DNA of 64,000 nt from Elsinoe ampelina (taxonomy: Eukaryota), in contig ML992516.1 of the NCBI GenBank assembly GCA_010093995.1, positions 1 through 64,000 of the forward strand, read 5' to 3'. Positions 46,370-57,446 of the stretch are shown piece by piece. The notes beneath the pieces were generated by a model. It searched no databases and was not told the DNA's origin. It saw nothing but the letters and a program-made list of their open reading frames with translations. The translations under genes and the position numbers were made by a program. The stretch's first letter is position 1; the number at the start of each line of letters is the position of its first letter.

Positions 46370-46992
46370 ATGCCATCAATGGCCTTCGAGCAAGCATTCG
46401 CGGCGTGGGAGAAGTCCTACGCAGAGCTCAGGGGGACGAGCGGTGGCGATCCCACCGACCATCCGGCGGTGAGGACGGAGACGAGGGAGGCATGGGAGAG
46501 GGGAGAGATGAGCAAGGAGGAGTTCACGGTGCTGTGCCTGGCAGAGATCCAGAGCCACACCGCATGGATCAGGGTAAGCAGTGTCCCATCACCTCTCACT
46601 TCACCTTCCCCTACACCAAGCGGCGTGTCAAGCTCAGGGCAAACATCAACATCTGCCCCTGACGCAAGCACTGCAGCTGGCAAACCACAAACACCTCCAA
46701 AAACCCCTTCACGTCGCACTACTGCTACCCCTGCACCACACCCTACTCTCTGCACCGCTGCTGTCGAGGCAAGATCCATACTAACTAGCTTCCGTAGAAG
46801 GTGATCAAGCCGTCGGTCGACGAGGAGGGGAGGTTGAAGGTGGAGGCGCTGGAGGCGACCTTGGGGAAGCAGTTGCGTGAGGAGAGGGCGATTGCGCATG
46901 GGCTTGGGTGGCGGGATGGGTATGCCACCGGGTACGAGGACGGCCTGCGCGCCGGTCAAGCGCAAGAGCGAGGGACACCTGGGGGGTCTTGA
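46370..46992 (+). CDS. Hypothetical small 2-exon protein with C-terminal GxxxGxxxG repeats
   Basis: Intron from 46574 (GTAAGC) to 46797 (CTAAC..TAG) joins two ORFs in frame. C-terminus GWRDGYATGYEDGLRAG. Confidence 0.55.
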
Positions 46993-47045
46993 TACGGGCG
47001 GCAGGAGGCAGATCTAGTGGGCGGCGGGCTGGCTGGAGGACGACT

Positions 47046-47450
47046 CTGGTAGTAATTTCGCGACCAGGAGGCGTTGAGCAAGCAGCATATCCGGTGGAGG
47101 GAACAGACATGGAAGCAGTCCTGGTAGTATCTTCGCGATAAGGAGGCGACGAGTAAGCAGTATACCTGGTGGCGATGGCACATATCGACAGGAGTCTGGT
47201 AGTACCTTTTGGAGCAGGAGTTATCAAAGTTGGCTGCGCGGTGGTGGCAAACTATGCACGAGACCTGGTAGTATCTTTGCGAGCATAACGCGATCATTGA
47301 GCCAGCCAAACTCGTTTCAGAGCAGTCCGTGAAACAGAATGGTAGTATCATTGCAAGCAGAACGCGTTCAAGATCCGATGACACTTCTGGTGTCGAAACA
47401 CAATGTCCGTGACTGGTAGTGCCCTTCTCACAGTGCGAATTGGCAACCAG
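47046..47450. repeat. Degenerate ~74-bp tandem repeat, 6 units, with a conserved (C/A)TGGTAGT core
   Basis: Cores at 47046, 47121, 47196, 47265, 47339 and 47413 (spacings 75, 75, 69, 74, 74). Confidence 0.75.
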
Positions 47451-48151
47451 AATACCGTGTGTGGCCAGTCACAGACATGCAAGACGGTGCTCAACTGATG
47501 TTTGCTGAGCGCTGAATGCTACCATGCAGTCTGAGAGAGCCTGCTGCTAGAGTGCTTGCCAAATGTTTGCTCATGATATGTTCCCGTCGCTGCTCTCACG
47601 TGTCTATTTGCTCCAGAGAGGCATACGCGCTTTGTCAATTGTTTGATCGCCTTAACAAGGGCGTGATAACGCGAGGACTGCACAGCTTCCAATGACAGCC
47701 ACACGAATAGAACTCCAGGCCCAGCGGACAATCATTGCACGGTATGAATCACTGTAAGACCTCCTGAGGCCTCAGATACACACGATGAACGCGTCGAATC
47801 GTGCTTCGAAACTCGAGGGTCGTCCACAAGTGCTCCAGTGATCTCACCACGGCCTATCCGCCTGTCGCAGTGATCTCGATGGCCCGATGCATCGTGATGC
47901 GGCTCTCCTCGGCTTGAGTCAGGGCCGGCTTCAAAGCCAATAGGGGGTCGCCAGGGGTCGCTTCCCGCGGCTATTAGCCTCCCCTCGCCGTCGCCAGCGA
48001 CGACCAGCCACCAGACACGTCACTGCCGCCCTCGGTAGGCTTCCATGGCCTTCTATTGAGGCTGCGCAGCGTCGTTGCAGTGCACCGTAGCCAAGCCTCG
48101 AGATGCATAAAAACGCGCTCCTCTTCCCTTTCTCTCCTTCTTTCTTTCTTC

Positions 48152-48303
48152 ATACTTACCTTGGAGAGTCAGTTCAGGATCATGAAGCTGGACTGGCTGC
48201 TTGGATTGGGCCTCATTGCACAGCGAGGTCTTGATTCAAGTATGAGCCATGGGAAACCATGTTTCTTCTCTATAATTTTTGATTTATCCCTCTTGGAGGG
48301 GTG
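48152..48303 (+). ncRNA. U1: U1 spliceosomal snRNA
   Basis: 5' AUACUUACCU, SL1 loop GAUCAUGAAG (U1-70K site), SL2 loop AUUGCAC (U1A site), SL3 CAUGG-GAAA-CCAUG, Sm site AUAAUUUUUG, and terminal hairpin CCCUC-UUG-GAGGG. Confidence 0.93.
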
Positions 48304-49255
48304 CTTTCATCATATCATGGCTTGATAGCTGTGCTTTGGAGAAGGTGTTCATGTCTTTGTGAAGTCATATGTGTATGGCGTCCTCATGTCAGGATAGTGT
48401 GTGTGGTACGTGACCTTGTGCCGTGCATGATGCCCTCACATCAAGACAGTATGAGTACGACGTGATCTTGTGCTGCATGCCTCCCTCGCTTTGAGTAGCA
48501 TAACAACATGACGTTGGTGCGCAAGCGACGAGGAGTAAAGTGTTGTGTGCCTCTCACTCCAAAAGCCATAACGTTGTGACGAGTCTACGCGCCCATGGAA
48601 GACATTGACAGACGCTCCCTCTCACTCCAGAGTACACGAAACCGCGACGACAAGGCCTTGCAATCACTCCACAGGGCATATATCCTTGTGATTCAAGCGT
48701 GTGTACAGCGTCCAGTGCAGGTTTTCTCACTCTTGAGGACATGAGATGGCGACGACAAAGGCTTCCTCACGCTCCACGAAGTACATGTCATCACGTCTCT
48801 TGTGTAGGTACAGACTTGGGCGCAGGCTTCCTCACACTCCAAGAGACGGACCTCGAGAATTTTGACGTGCGCTGGGTTGTTGTGTGCGGCCGTCCTCTCA
48901 CTTGGCGAAGCGATCGTAACGTGCGCCTCTCTCGGATCACAGTGCCAGTGACAAGCCTCCTTCAATCTTTACAGATGATCATGCTCATGAGCTGAGAGAC
49001 TGTTATGCAGTTCTTCACACGGCAGACGATGCCTCTAGCGCTCCATGGTATAGGCGCACGCTTCCGCGACCAGACCACTGATCCCAGGGCTCTGAGCTAT
49101 CATCGGCGATGGCCAGCCAATCTCCGACACGCCTTCCATGGCCTTCTGTGATGCCCATCGATGACGCGTGCCATTGATCCAGCAACCAGGGTTAGGGTTG
49201 CAAGGTGCATAAATACGCTGACCTGCCACCCTTCTTCCCTCTTTTCTTTCTTTCC

Positions 49256-49435
49256 ATACTGACCATTACGGGGCTAATTTAGTCTCGCATAGGTTGCCCT
49301 CGCGGGCTCCTCCCTGACCTGTGTCTGAGGCAAGGTCAAAAGGACAACCCGTAGGTTGTCCGGGTGCTAGGTCCCTACGGGAGGACCGGGCCCACTCCGA
49401 TGGGGGCGGGAATCTTTGGAACCCCTTTTGGGGTC
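49256..49435 (+). ncRNA. Candidate Sm-class structured small RNA (~180 nt) with U1-like 5' end AUACUGACC
   Basis: Promoter and 3' flank resemble those of U1. Several GC-rich hairpins (e.g. GGACAACC-CGUA-GGUUGUCC, 49342-49361). Sm-like AAUCUUUGG at 49411-49419 and terminal hairpin ACCCC-UUUU-GGGGU. Confidence 0.62.
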
Positions 49436-51826
49436 TTTCATCAGTCTCCATGGGCTTTACCTGTGGACTGGAGAAGGCTATTGCATCTTCCACAGCTTTC
49501 GAGTGATGTTGTTTGCCCTGGTTGAGTGAAACCTTGGCCGTGTGATGATTTGCCTTGACGCGTTTGCCAGTGTTTGTCACCCATATATGTCTCGTTGCCT
49601 TGTCAAAAGTGAGCGTGATGCCTGGTGAGCCCAGCCCATGCTTGCTTGCGGAGAGGTGTGGTGTGATTTCGCGCTCTGGTGAGGAAATCAAGTGACAGCA
49701 CGTTCAAGCTCATCACGCACTCCACGAAGCTCCGACGACGACGACAATCGGTTCCAAAGGATCGACAAGGCTCAGAGATTGTTCACCATGCTCTTATTCA
49801 TCTCGCAGAGCCGTCCTCAGGTTGTCATCGCCGCCGTCACAAAATTCACCTCCACTCGAAGGTCACCTCCATTTCCGCCACCGCCCGGTCACAAGCAGCA
49901 AGAGGGTATCATCACAAGGTGCGCCGGGCGGCAGCATCAAGATCTAGAGCGCTGGATACGCCTCCAGATGCAGTACACGACCAGGCGAGAAGCATACAAC
50001 ATTCTCATGATGCCGGTTGGGCCATGGACCAACTTGCTTGGGCTGGGCAGGACCAGGTATTTCGCCTCCCATTGAAGTAGATAGACACCCAATTGACTTG
50101 CTCCATGATAGACCTCGCCTCTAGTGCAGAGCTTAGCCAGCCTCAAACGCGCCCTCCTCCCATCCACACTTGCTCTCGAAACGGGGTGGCGACTTCTCCA
50201 CCATGCAGATCAGGACCGTGCGGCACATATTCGCCATCAAGGAGGACAGCGTATACACCAGCAGCTACCTAGAAGAGTACATGGGCAAAATGAAGAGCAA
50301 GGATCCGAGCAAGGCGTATGGCGACCCGGAGAGTCAAGCGGTATACATGAGCTTGGATATATCTGGTGCCATCGTGGTTGGGAACGTTCTGCACTTGGAG
50401 ATGAGCTTCTCCTGTGGCCAGAAAGCGTGCGATTTCCATCGGCATATTAAGAGACACCATTGCTCTGATCCTTTGATAAGTTGTACCAGATCGTTCTGTG
50501 CACCGCGTGTGGACGATACAGCCCTCTGGATACTTAAATCGCAGTTGTCGCGGTCATGCTTAAGAGCAGATCTGAGGAATGAGCGTCTTTGGCTATCAGC
50601 GTAGGACAGTCAGACACGTCACGAGGCGGTAGTATCGTCGGTGTGTCTGGCTCAACGGTTGCGTGTAGTCCTTGAAGGATACCCAATCGTTCGCACTGGT
50701 GGATGCAGTATCACAATTGGCGCGTATGATCTCACCATCAAGCCTGGCTCCCTTTGAGACCTGCCACACCCTATGTAGGCGAGTTGAGCATGTCTTTCGT
50801 CCGTACATATCATGCAGGCCTGACGTGACCTCGTGTACCGAAAATGACTCTCACCCATCCCTGAGAAAGCCCGGTTTGGCGTGTCTCGGTGCTGCTCTAC
50901 CCTCAGGCAAGCCTCTCAAAGCATATTCATGCGACACAATACTCCGTAGTATAGCCTGTCTGCCGCCCGCATGTTTGCAATCCAAAAGCGCACCATTGAT
51001 TGCCTTGGATGATATCGTGCCAATGATTGCCCTTGTTTCGGCACAATCGATCGCGTCTGGTGTGCGTGAGGACGACAATCCTCCCCATTGACATCAAGAC
51101 ACATTATGTATGAGTTCTATTGAGAGTGTTCTCAGGGCACTGGCACGTCTCAAGCTACACTGCAGCCCTTTTGGTGTCTCTGCCAGCTGGTTGCGGTGGG
51201 GTGCCAACACTTGGCTTGACGCCGCAAGTGAGGCGGCCAAAAATTGAAGCTTCGCTCCCTCAAATGGGTGGAGAAGCCTTTGATCCGGCACAGCATCAGC
51301 AATCTGCCTCCAGTCGACTCGAAGGATGGTGCAAAAGATGCGGCGTGATCCAGCGCATCTTTTGGCATACCACACAGAGCCAAAAACGCGATGCCGAAGG
51401 CGCTGGCGATGACTGTGCTCTTTCGAGGGCAAAAAGATGTTCTGGCCGCGGATCGAACTCCTCTGACGGACTTCTCAGGGAGTTGTACACTCGATGTCAT
51501 GGACTGTCAGACTATTGATGGTTAGCGCATGGTTCTACAATTTGACCGTCAGTCCACAGCAGCAGCCGCAGTGCTAGTATTTCACGGAGACGGACACGCA
51601 AGAAATGATTATGTACCTTTGGTCTCTGGCCCCCCAATCATCCCGGGGCCCAATGATGCCAAGTCCCACAGATCCAGTTTTGAAGTTTGAAGCTTTAGCA
51701 ACTCCCATAACAACCACATCACCACCACCATCTACCCATCACGACGACATCTCCGGCGCCCGATATCACTGCCGTTGAACGCATAAGATAATCCATCAGC
51801 TCAGATCAAGCTCGATTCGCCTCAAT

Positions 51827-52177
51827 ATGGCGCTAAGCGTGCGTCCAGCGACCGGTGGTAGCTGGGGAGCTCGAGCTTGGCTGACTGGTATGCAGAGACA
51901 CCAAAGACGCAAAGATAGGCGCAGAAGGTCGGCCGCGAAGTCGGAGAGAAGAGCAGGGGAGAAGGCGAGGAGGGAGAAGGAGGCAGAGGCGGCCGGGTTG
52001 GCGAGGAGGGAGGAGACCCAGAGGGCGGCGGACGAGTTGACGGCGGTGGTGAAGCCGAAGCTCATGGCGGAGTGGATCAAGGAGGAGTGGGTGGAGGGGC
52101 AGAGAGAGCTCAAGGGGGAGCAGATCATGGAGTGCACGGTGGGGTGCGAGGACTGCTGCAAGAAGATCGAGCAGTAG
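51827..52177 (+). CDS. Hypothetical small basic, helical protein with a C-terminal Cys cluster
   Basis: ATG, possible in-frame intron 51839-51895 (GTGCGT..CTGAC..CAG), R/K/E-rich helix, and CTVGCEDCC. Confidence 0.45.
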   Translation: MALSVRPATGGSWGARAWLTGMQRHQRRKDRRRRSAAKSERRAGEKARREKEAEAAGLARREETQRAADELTAVVKPKLMAEWIKEEWVEGQRELKGEQIMECTVGCEDCCKKIEQ

Positions 52178-55100
52178 GAGGTGTAGTGGTTCCCCTAGAC
52201 CGTCTCAAACGACCGGGCTAACCTATACTCCAGTGCGGAATCGAGAAAGTCCTGATGGCATTGCCCAGGCACCAAATAGACCGAGAAGTCAAGGACATGA
52301 CTCCGGCAAGAGCATCAAGAGTAATCCACCGTTTGCTCGCATCCAGCTCCGCCTATACAGCTCCCACATCATGCCGTTCATGCTCACGTGGCGATTGTTA
52401 TGTACACCAACGGTCTCAAAGAAAGCTCAAGAGCTCCTTTGATGGACAAGGACGACATGAAGGTCATCTTGATGGCATTAGGGAAGAAAGGAAGTCGAGA
52501 TCCCAAAGTCGAAGTCAAATTGCTAACTTGGCAGGAACGGGCGAAGGGTCCGGAACAACCGAGGCAGATTTCGGAGGATCCACCCCGAGCAAAAGGAATC
52601 CCAAGGTTTGTGGCCCATTTCTTCTCCCTTGCAAGTGATCGTTGTGCTATTTTCTTTCGTATGACTTGGGAAAAAATTCAGGACATGGCCGCGCATGTGA
52701 TGCCCTCTGGTCAACTTTCACTTCGTCCCGAGCGGGCGTGACGCCAACCAGGCTTCGCTGCTGCCGGGAAGGGCGGCTGTGCCTGCCTGTTCCCTGTCCA
52801 GATGGCAGAAATGTGGCAACCGTCGAGGATGCCATTGCTACGGCACTTTCCAGGGCATGCGTGTAGCTTGCATACCCGCCAAGGTCTGTTGCTCGGTGGT
52901 TGAGCTTTTTAAGATCCATTCTACTCGGTCGTCGACCCTTCAGTCAATCACAGGCAACGAGGCCGTGGACCCACGAGCGCACCCAGTCTCCTCTCGTCAT
53001 TGGTGTCAAGCGGCGCCCGGGACTATGCTCGCCTATCAGACTGAAGGTTGAGACTGCTCACCAGTGGTGACGCTGACGCTGACGGTGACATTTCGGGCGT
53101 GAGACTCCACGTCTGGACACCTGTTACCTGTCGGCCACGGTATCCCAAGATATATGGGAGAGCTTGACGACCCGGGCGACAGATCTTCTGATGAGATAGA
53201 TGTTATCATGATGCCCAACTCTTCAGATCGCTCTCGAATTCTTTTGCAGAGGCAGCCGTCTCTAGCGAGCGTTACGATCCAGGTCGAAAGCAAAAGGTAT
53301 CTTTGTGCTCTCAGCTCGGTCGAGGGAGTTCCTGATGGAGCATCTCGGTGTTGGACCCGATCTGTCCATTTAGTGCACTGAGCTCAATGCCTGCAAGCTA
53401 CGAGCTACGAGCTTGATGCCATTCCTCGGCTGCAAGGTCTGTCGAACTCATCTTCTTGCGTATGGCACCGAGCATCTGAATAGCGCTACAGTCACATTCC
53501 AGTGATGAACAGAGCTTCATTTGATGATATTCCAGTCGCTGTAGCGCGTGATATGATGGTCGACGTCACGGTGGTCGCAAGATGATGTCGAGGAAGAGGT
53601 GGAGAGTGATGAACGAATCCCCTGTTTGACTCTGTGCCAATAAGAACTCACACATCACCAGTTCCATCGAGAAGCGTTGCAAAGGCAATAGCTTGATGAT
53701 GGTGTGATGGTAGGAAGACTGGTGATGAGGATCGCGGTGGAAAGCTTCAACAGACGGCAAGCCCAAGCTTTTGCCCACACCCAGTCTCACGACCACCAAC
53801 ATCGACCTCCACACTCCAGCGACCGAGTATGTCCAACGACGGGACGGATTTCCAATCCACAGACACCTATCGCTTCTCCCCCTCTCCTAGACGCAAGGGA
53901 TGCTCGCTCCTTGCAGCATCGGGCGGCGCAGGCGCCGAGGCACAGCACAAAGGTAGTGACGCGCTGCACTGGAGTGATCTGCAGTTCTCTTCAGCTCGAC
54001 GCGCCCTTGACGCCCTGATCTGGCCTCATTTCGGCCCTCGACCATCTCGTGATCGCCTCAAGATGCAAGCGAATCCGCATGGATTAGATCAATCACGACC
54101 TTTCCATCGACTTCAAGCTGCCACGTCGACTCGATCTTGCGGTTGACCCGGATAGATATTGATGGACCTTGCAGGGAGATATCTACAATTGGGCGGACAC
54201 GAGAAAGATCACAAGTGCAACGATGCAGGCGAAGAGACCCAAGCGCTCCTTACACCAATCCCTCAGCTCGATGTCATCCGCATACAGATGGCAAGATATC
54301 GGAAGCTGGATAACAATCGACATCGGTCAGCGGCAAGGTACTTCGCGGACTGCATTGCCTGGACCTTGCCTCAAGATGGGTACACTTACTGATCAAACAG
54401 TCGAGGAGTTGACAACAATCACCAAAACTCACACAGAAGACAGTTTCTGCATTCTCCAACACCCCCTTACTCACGTCAACGCACCTCTACCCGCATCAAC
54501 GTCAGAGGCCAGCAAGACTCGGACCCGAGGCTTCCATCTAGGTTTCATATTGAACCTGCCCCTAGGCCGAACCAGAATCAGTCCCCCTGGTGAACCTTGA
54601 GAGAGAATGGCAACACCATGGACAGCTATGTAAAGCAGTCGCCATGAGGATGGGACGACATGACAGTAGGAGCAGGAGCTACTTGGTACGTACTTGCTCG
54701 AGCGCTGAATCATCTCAATATCACATCAAGAGGGGCGAACCGCAGTATCAAAGAGGAAGGCATCGGTTCAAGGTGTAGACACTTCAATAATTTGTGCAAG
54801 GGACAAGACAATGGACGGAGCAGGTCGTCGGTTGCAAGGGTGTGATACGGCAGTCCTACATCGTGTCAGGCACCACGGTCATATGACTGTACGAAAGCAT
54901 AGGTGTTACATGGCTACCGGAGCCGGACACAGGTTATGCCGTCTACTTCAAAAGCACTTGCGATGAGCAATCACGCTGTGTGGGGTATTGAAGGTGGAAG
55001 AGGCGGGAAATGGGCGATGGTGTGGTCCGTTGCGGGAAGGCCTTTGACAGACCAAGGGCACATGGGGATGAGGTCGAGTACTGCGGTCTCGGCTCTCAGC

Positions 55101-55300
55101 CTGGAGCCATAGTATCTACTGGTCATCGATGGAAGAAGATTGATGGACAAAGAGGACAGGTTGGTGGGACATGGAGGCGAACAAAGACGAGGACAATTCA
55201 TAACTTGCTTGTGCGACCAGAGCAGCATCTACATCTGGTGTACTAGTGATCGGTAACTATATTACATATTGGTACAAGTCATGCCTGCATAACCCGAAGA

Positions 55301-55786
55301 TCACTGTAGCCGCACAAGACCCCTGACCCGATTGAAGACCTTGCCAAACCATGATCTGCTGGGCGTTGCCTCGAGCTCCTTCTCAAGCTTGTTGTAATAG
55401 TCTGGATCGGACTTTGGCCTCATCATCTCGGACGAGAAGGGCGACTGTATCATGTTAGCAAATATGCAGTGGCAAAGTTGACAGAACGACAAACAGCTTT
55501 TGTGTAGCGATTCTCCAGTAGGGAATACAGAGCATTCACTTCCTTCAGCCCGGCGGATCTCGATTGTTGATCGGGTCCAAGCACCTTCTCGAGGAAACCT
55601 TGGATCTCTGGGTCGGGTTTGGGGGCATTGTCGATACGGCTTCTGAGTACTTTCTGGAACTGTGTCTCCGGCCTTAGTACGTCTGTTGGCCACAGCGATG
55701 CCAGGCGACCGTAATGTTTTGCCACAATCTACACGGATTAATTTGACTTCTCCTGAATTACAGCAAGCACATACTGCTCGACTCAT
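55301..55786 (-). CDS. CBP6: Cytochrome bc1 assembly factor Cbp6/UQCC2 (3 exons)
   Basis: Spliced product MSRAIVAKHYGRLASLWPTDVLRP...VNALYSLLENRY...MMRPKSDPDYYNKLEKELE. Confidence 0.8.
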   Translation of the reverse strand: MSRAVCACCNSGEVKLIRVDCGKTLRSPGIAVANRRTKAGDTVPESTQKPYRQCPQTRPRDPRFPREGAWTRSTIEIRRAEGSECSVFPTGESLHKSCLSFCQLCHCIFANMIQSPFSSEMMRPKSDPDYYNKLEKELEATPSRSWFGKVFNRVRGLVRLQ

Positions 55787-56140
55787 TGCGTGAAACTAGA
55801 TGTTGATCGAAGCATGTATCAATGCTTGAAGATGACTTTTTGATGGTTTCGGAATCTCGACATCATCGGCAGTGCCACAAAAGCAGATCTCGACCATTCC
55901 GGATTTGGCGTTAGTGAAATTTGATCTGGTGTGGCGGTGCAGCATCAGGCGGAGATCGGGAAGAGACCCCCGTTTTGTCAGCGCCTCGACCGTTTCGATC
56001 TCCGTTGGTTACCTCAGTCAGTCCACCTGCATCACCGCTCCGCCAGGCATCTCTCGGTCCATCTCATACGTCGTTGGCCTGTTCTTCACTCGCTGGACAG
56101 ACTTCTTCACTCTGATAGCGAGGTTGCCACGAGCGTAGCC

Positions 56141-57291
56141 ATGAGCTCACAGCGCTACGAGCGGGTACGTTGCATTACGCCTCCTTGCGGCGAGATTACC
56201 ACTCACGACGTCTTACTGACTCTCGCAAAGGTAGCAGAAAACGACGAAGATGACCTCGCGATATCGAGTAACGAGCTACACCACCAAGACCCAGTGCCCA
56301 ACTCACCACCTCCCTCTTTCCGCTCTCGCGCCTCTTCCCGCCGACCCTCAGCCCAACACAACGCTCCCAACTCGGAAGTGGAACGATCACTCGACGATGC
56401 CTTTGGCGGATCACACGATTCAGATGATGAAGATGAGGAATCACGACGGCTAGTCTCGAGATCGAATTCAGAAGCACATCCTGTCCGAGGCAATATACCG
56501 CGGCGGAATACGGAATTCCCAACTGTTCCTTCAGCCGCGCAGTCAAGTCGGGTGTACGGCGGAGGATCAAGCACAAGAGACGGCGTATTTGCAAATATCA
56601 GCGCAAAACCGCAAGCCGGTGAAGACTTGGAAGAGAAGCCACCGGTATGTCCGTCTGCCTGATCTCAAGCAAGATATACTAACGCTCCCAGACATACGAA
56701 CAAGCCGCAGCCGATGCCACTCCACCCTACTGGGAAACCACCGTCCTCACTCCCGGCGGCTACTCCAGCGACGACGTCTTCGTCGACGGCCTCATGGTCG
56801 GCTCCATGTTCAGCTTCGTCTGGAACGCCCTCATCTCCATGTCTTTCCAACTCATCGGCTTCCTCCTCACGTACCTACTCCACACCACACACGCAGCCAA
56901 ACACGGCTCCCGCGCCGGCCTCGGCATCACCCTCATCCAGTACGGCTTCACTTTCCGCAACGTCCCCGTCGACGGCGGGCCAAACTTTGGTGGCAGCGAC
57001 CCGGATCCAAATAATGTCGGAGGTGCAGTACCACCGGATCCGAACTCGCATGATTTCGACCCGAGCAAAGTGTCTGGCGACCCGAATGGACCAGGAGGAG
57101 GCATGACCATGGGAGGGAGTGGGAGTGATTGGATATCCTACGTGTTGATGATTGCTGGTTGGTTCTTGTTGATCAAGGCCAGCAGCGACTTTGTCCGGGC
57201 AAGGAGGCAGGAGCAGTTGATTCGGAACAGCGAGAATAGAGGTCTGCCTGTGCCAATCGTGGCAGAGGGAGAAGGCGAGAGGGCAGTATAG
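56141..57291 (+). CDS. BSD2: Metal homeostasis protein Bsd2 (Rsp5 adaptor, NDFIP-like), 3 exons
   Basis: DGVFANISAKP, PPTYEQAAADATPPYWETT (PY motifs), and SFQLIGFLLTYLLHTTHAAKHGSRAGLGITLIQYG. Confidence 0.9.
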
Positions 57292-57446
57292 ACATTTGCA
57301 GGGATGGCGTACCGGGAGGGCATGAGCGATGTTATGAAATGCGAATTACTCGATCTCGAATCGTCTATATCCCTGCGCTGTGCCTGAAATTGCACAAGTC
57401 ATTAATCATCACCAGCTCCCCCATCCAGCCCTCCTGCATCGTATAA

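Noticed and set aside
47046..47450. CRISPR array
   Set aside because: Fungal genome, no cas genes, cores only 8-9 bp, and spacers homologous to each other.
49256..49435. Canonical U5 or U4 snRNA
   Set aside because: Lacks the invariant U5 loop GCCUUUUAC and any recognisable U4 5' U6-pairing region.
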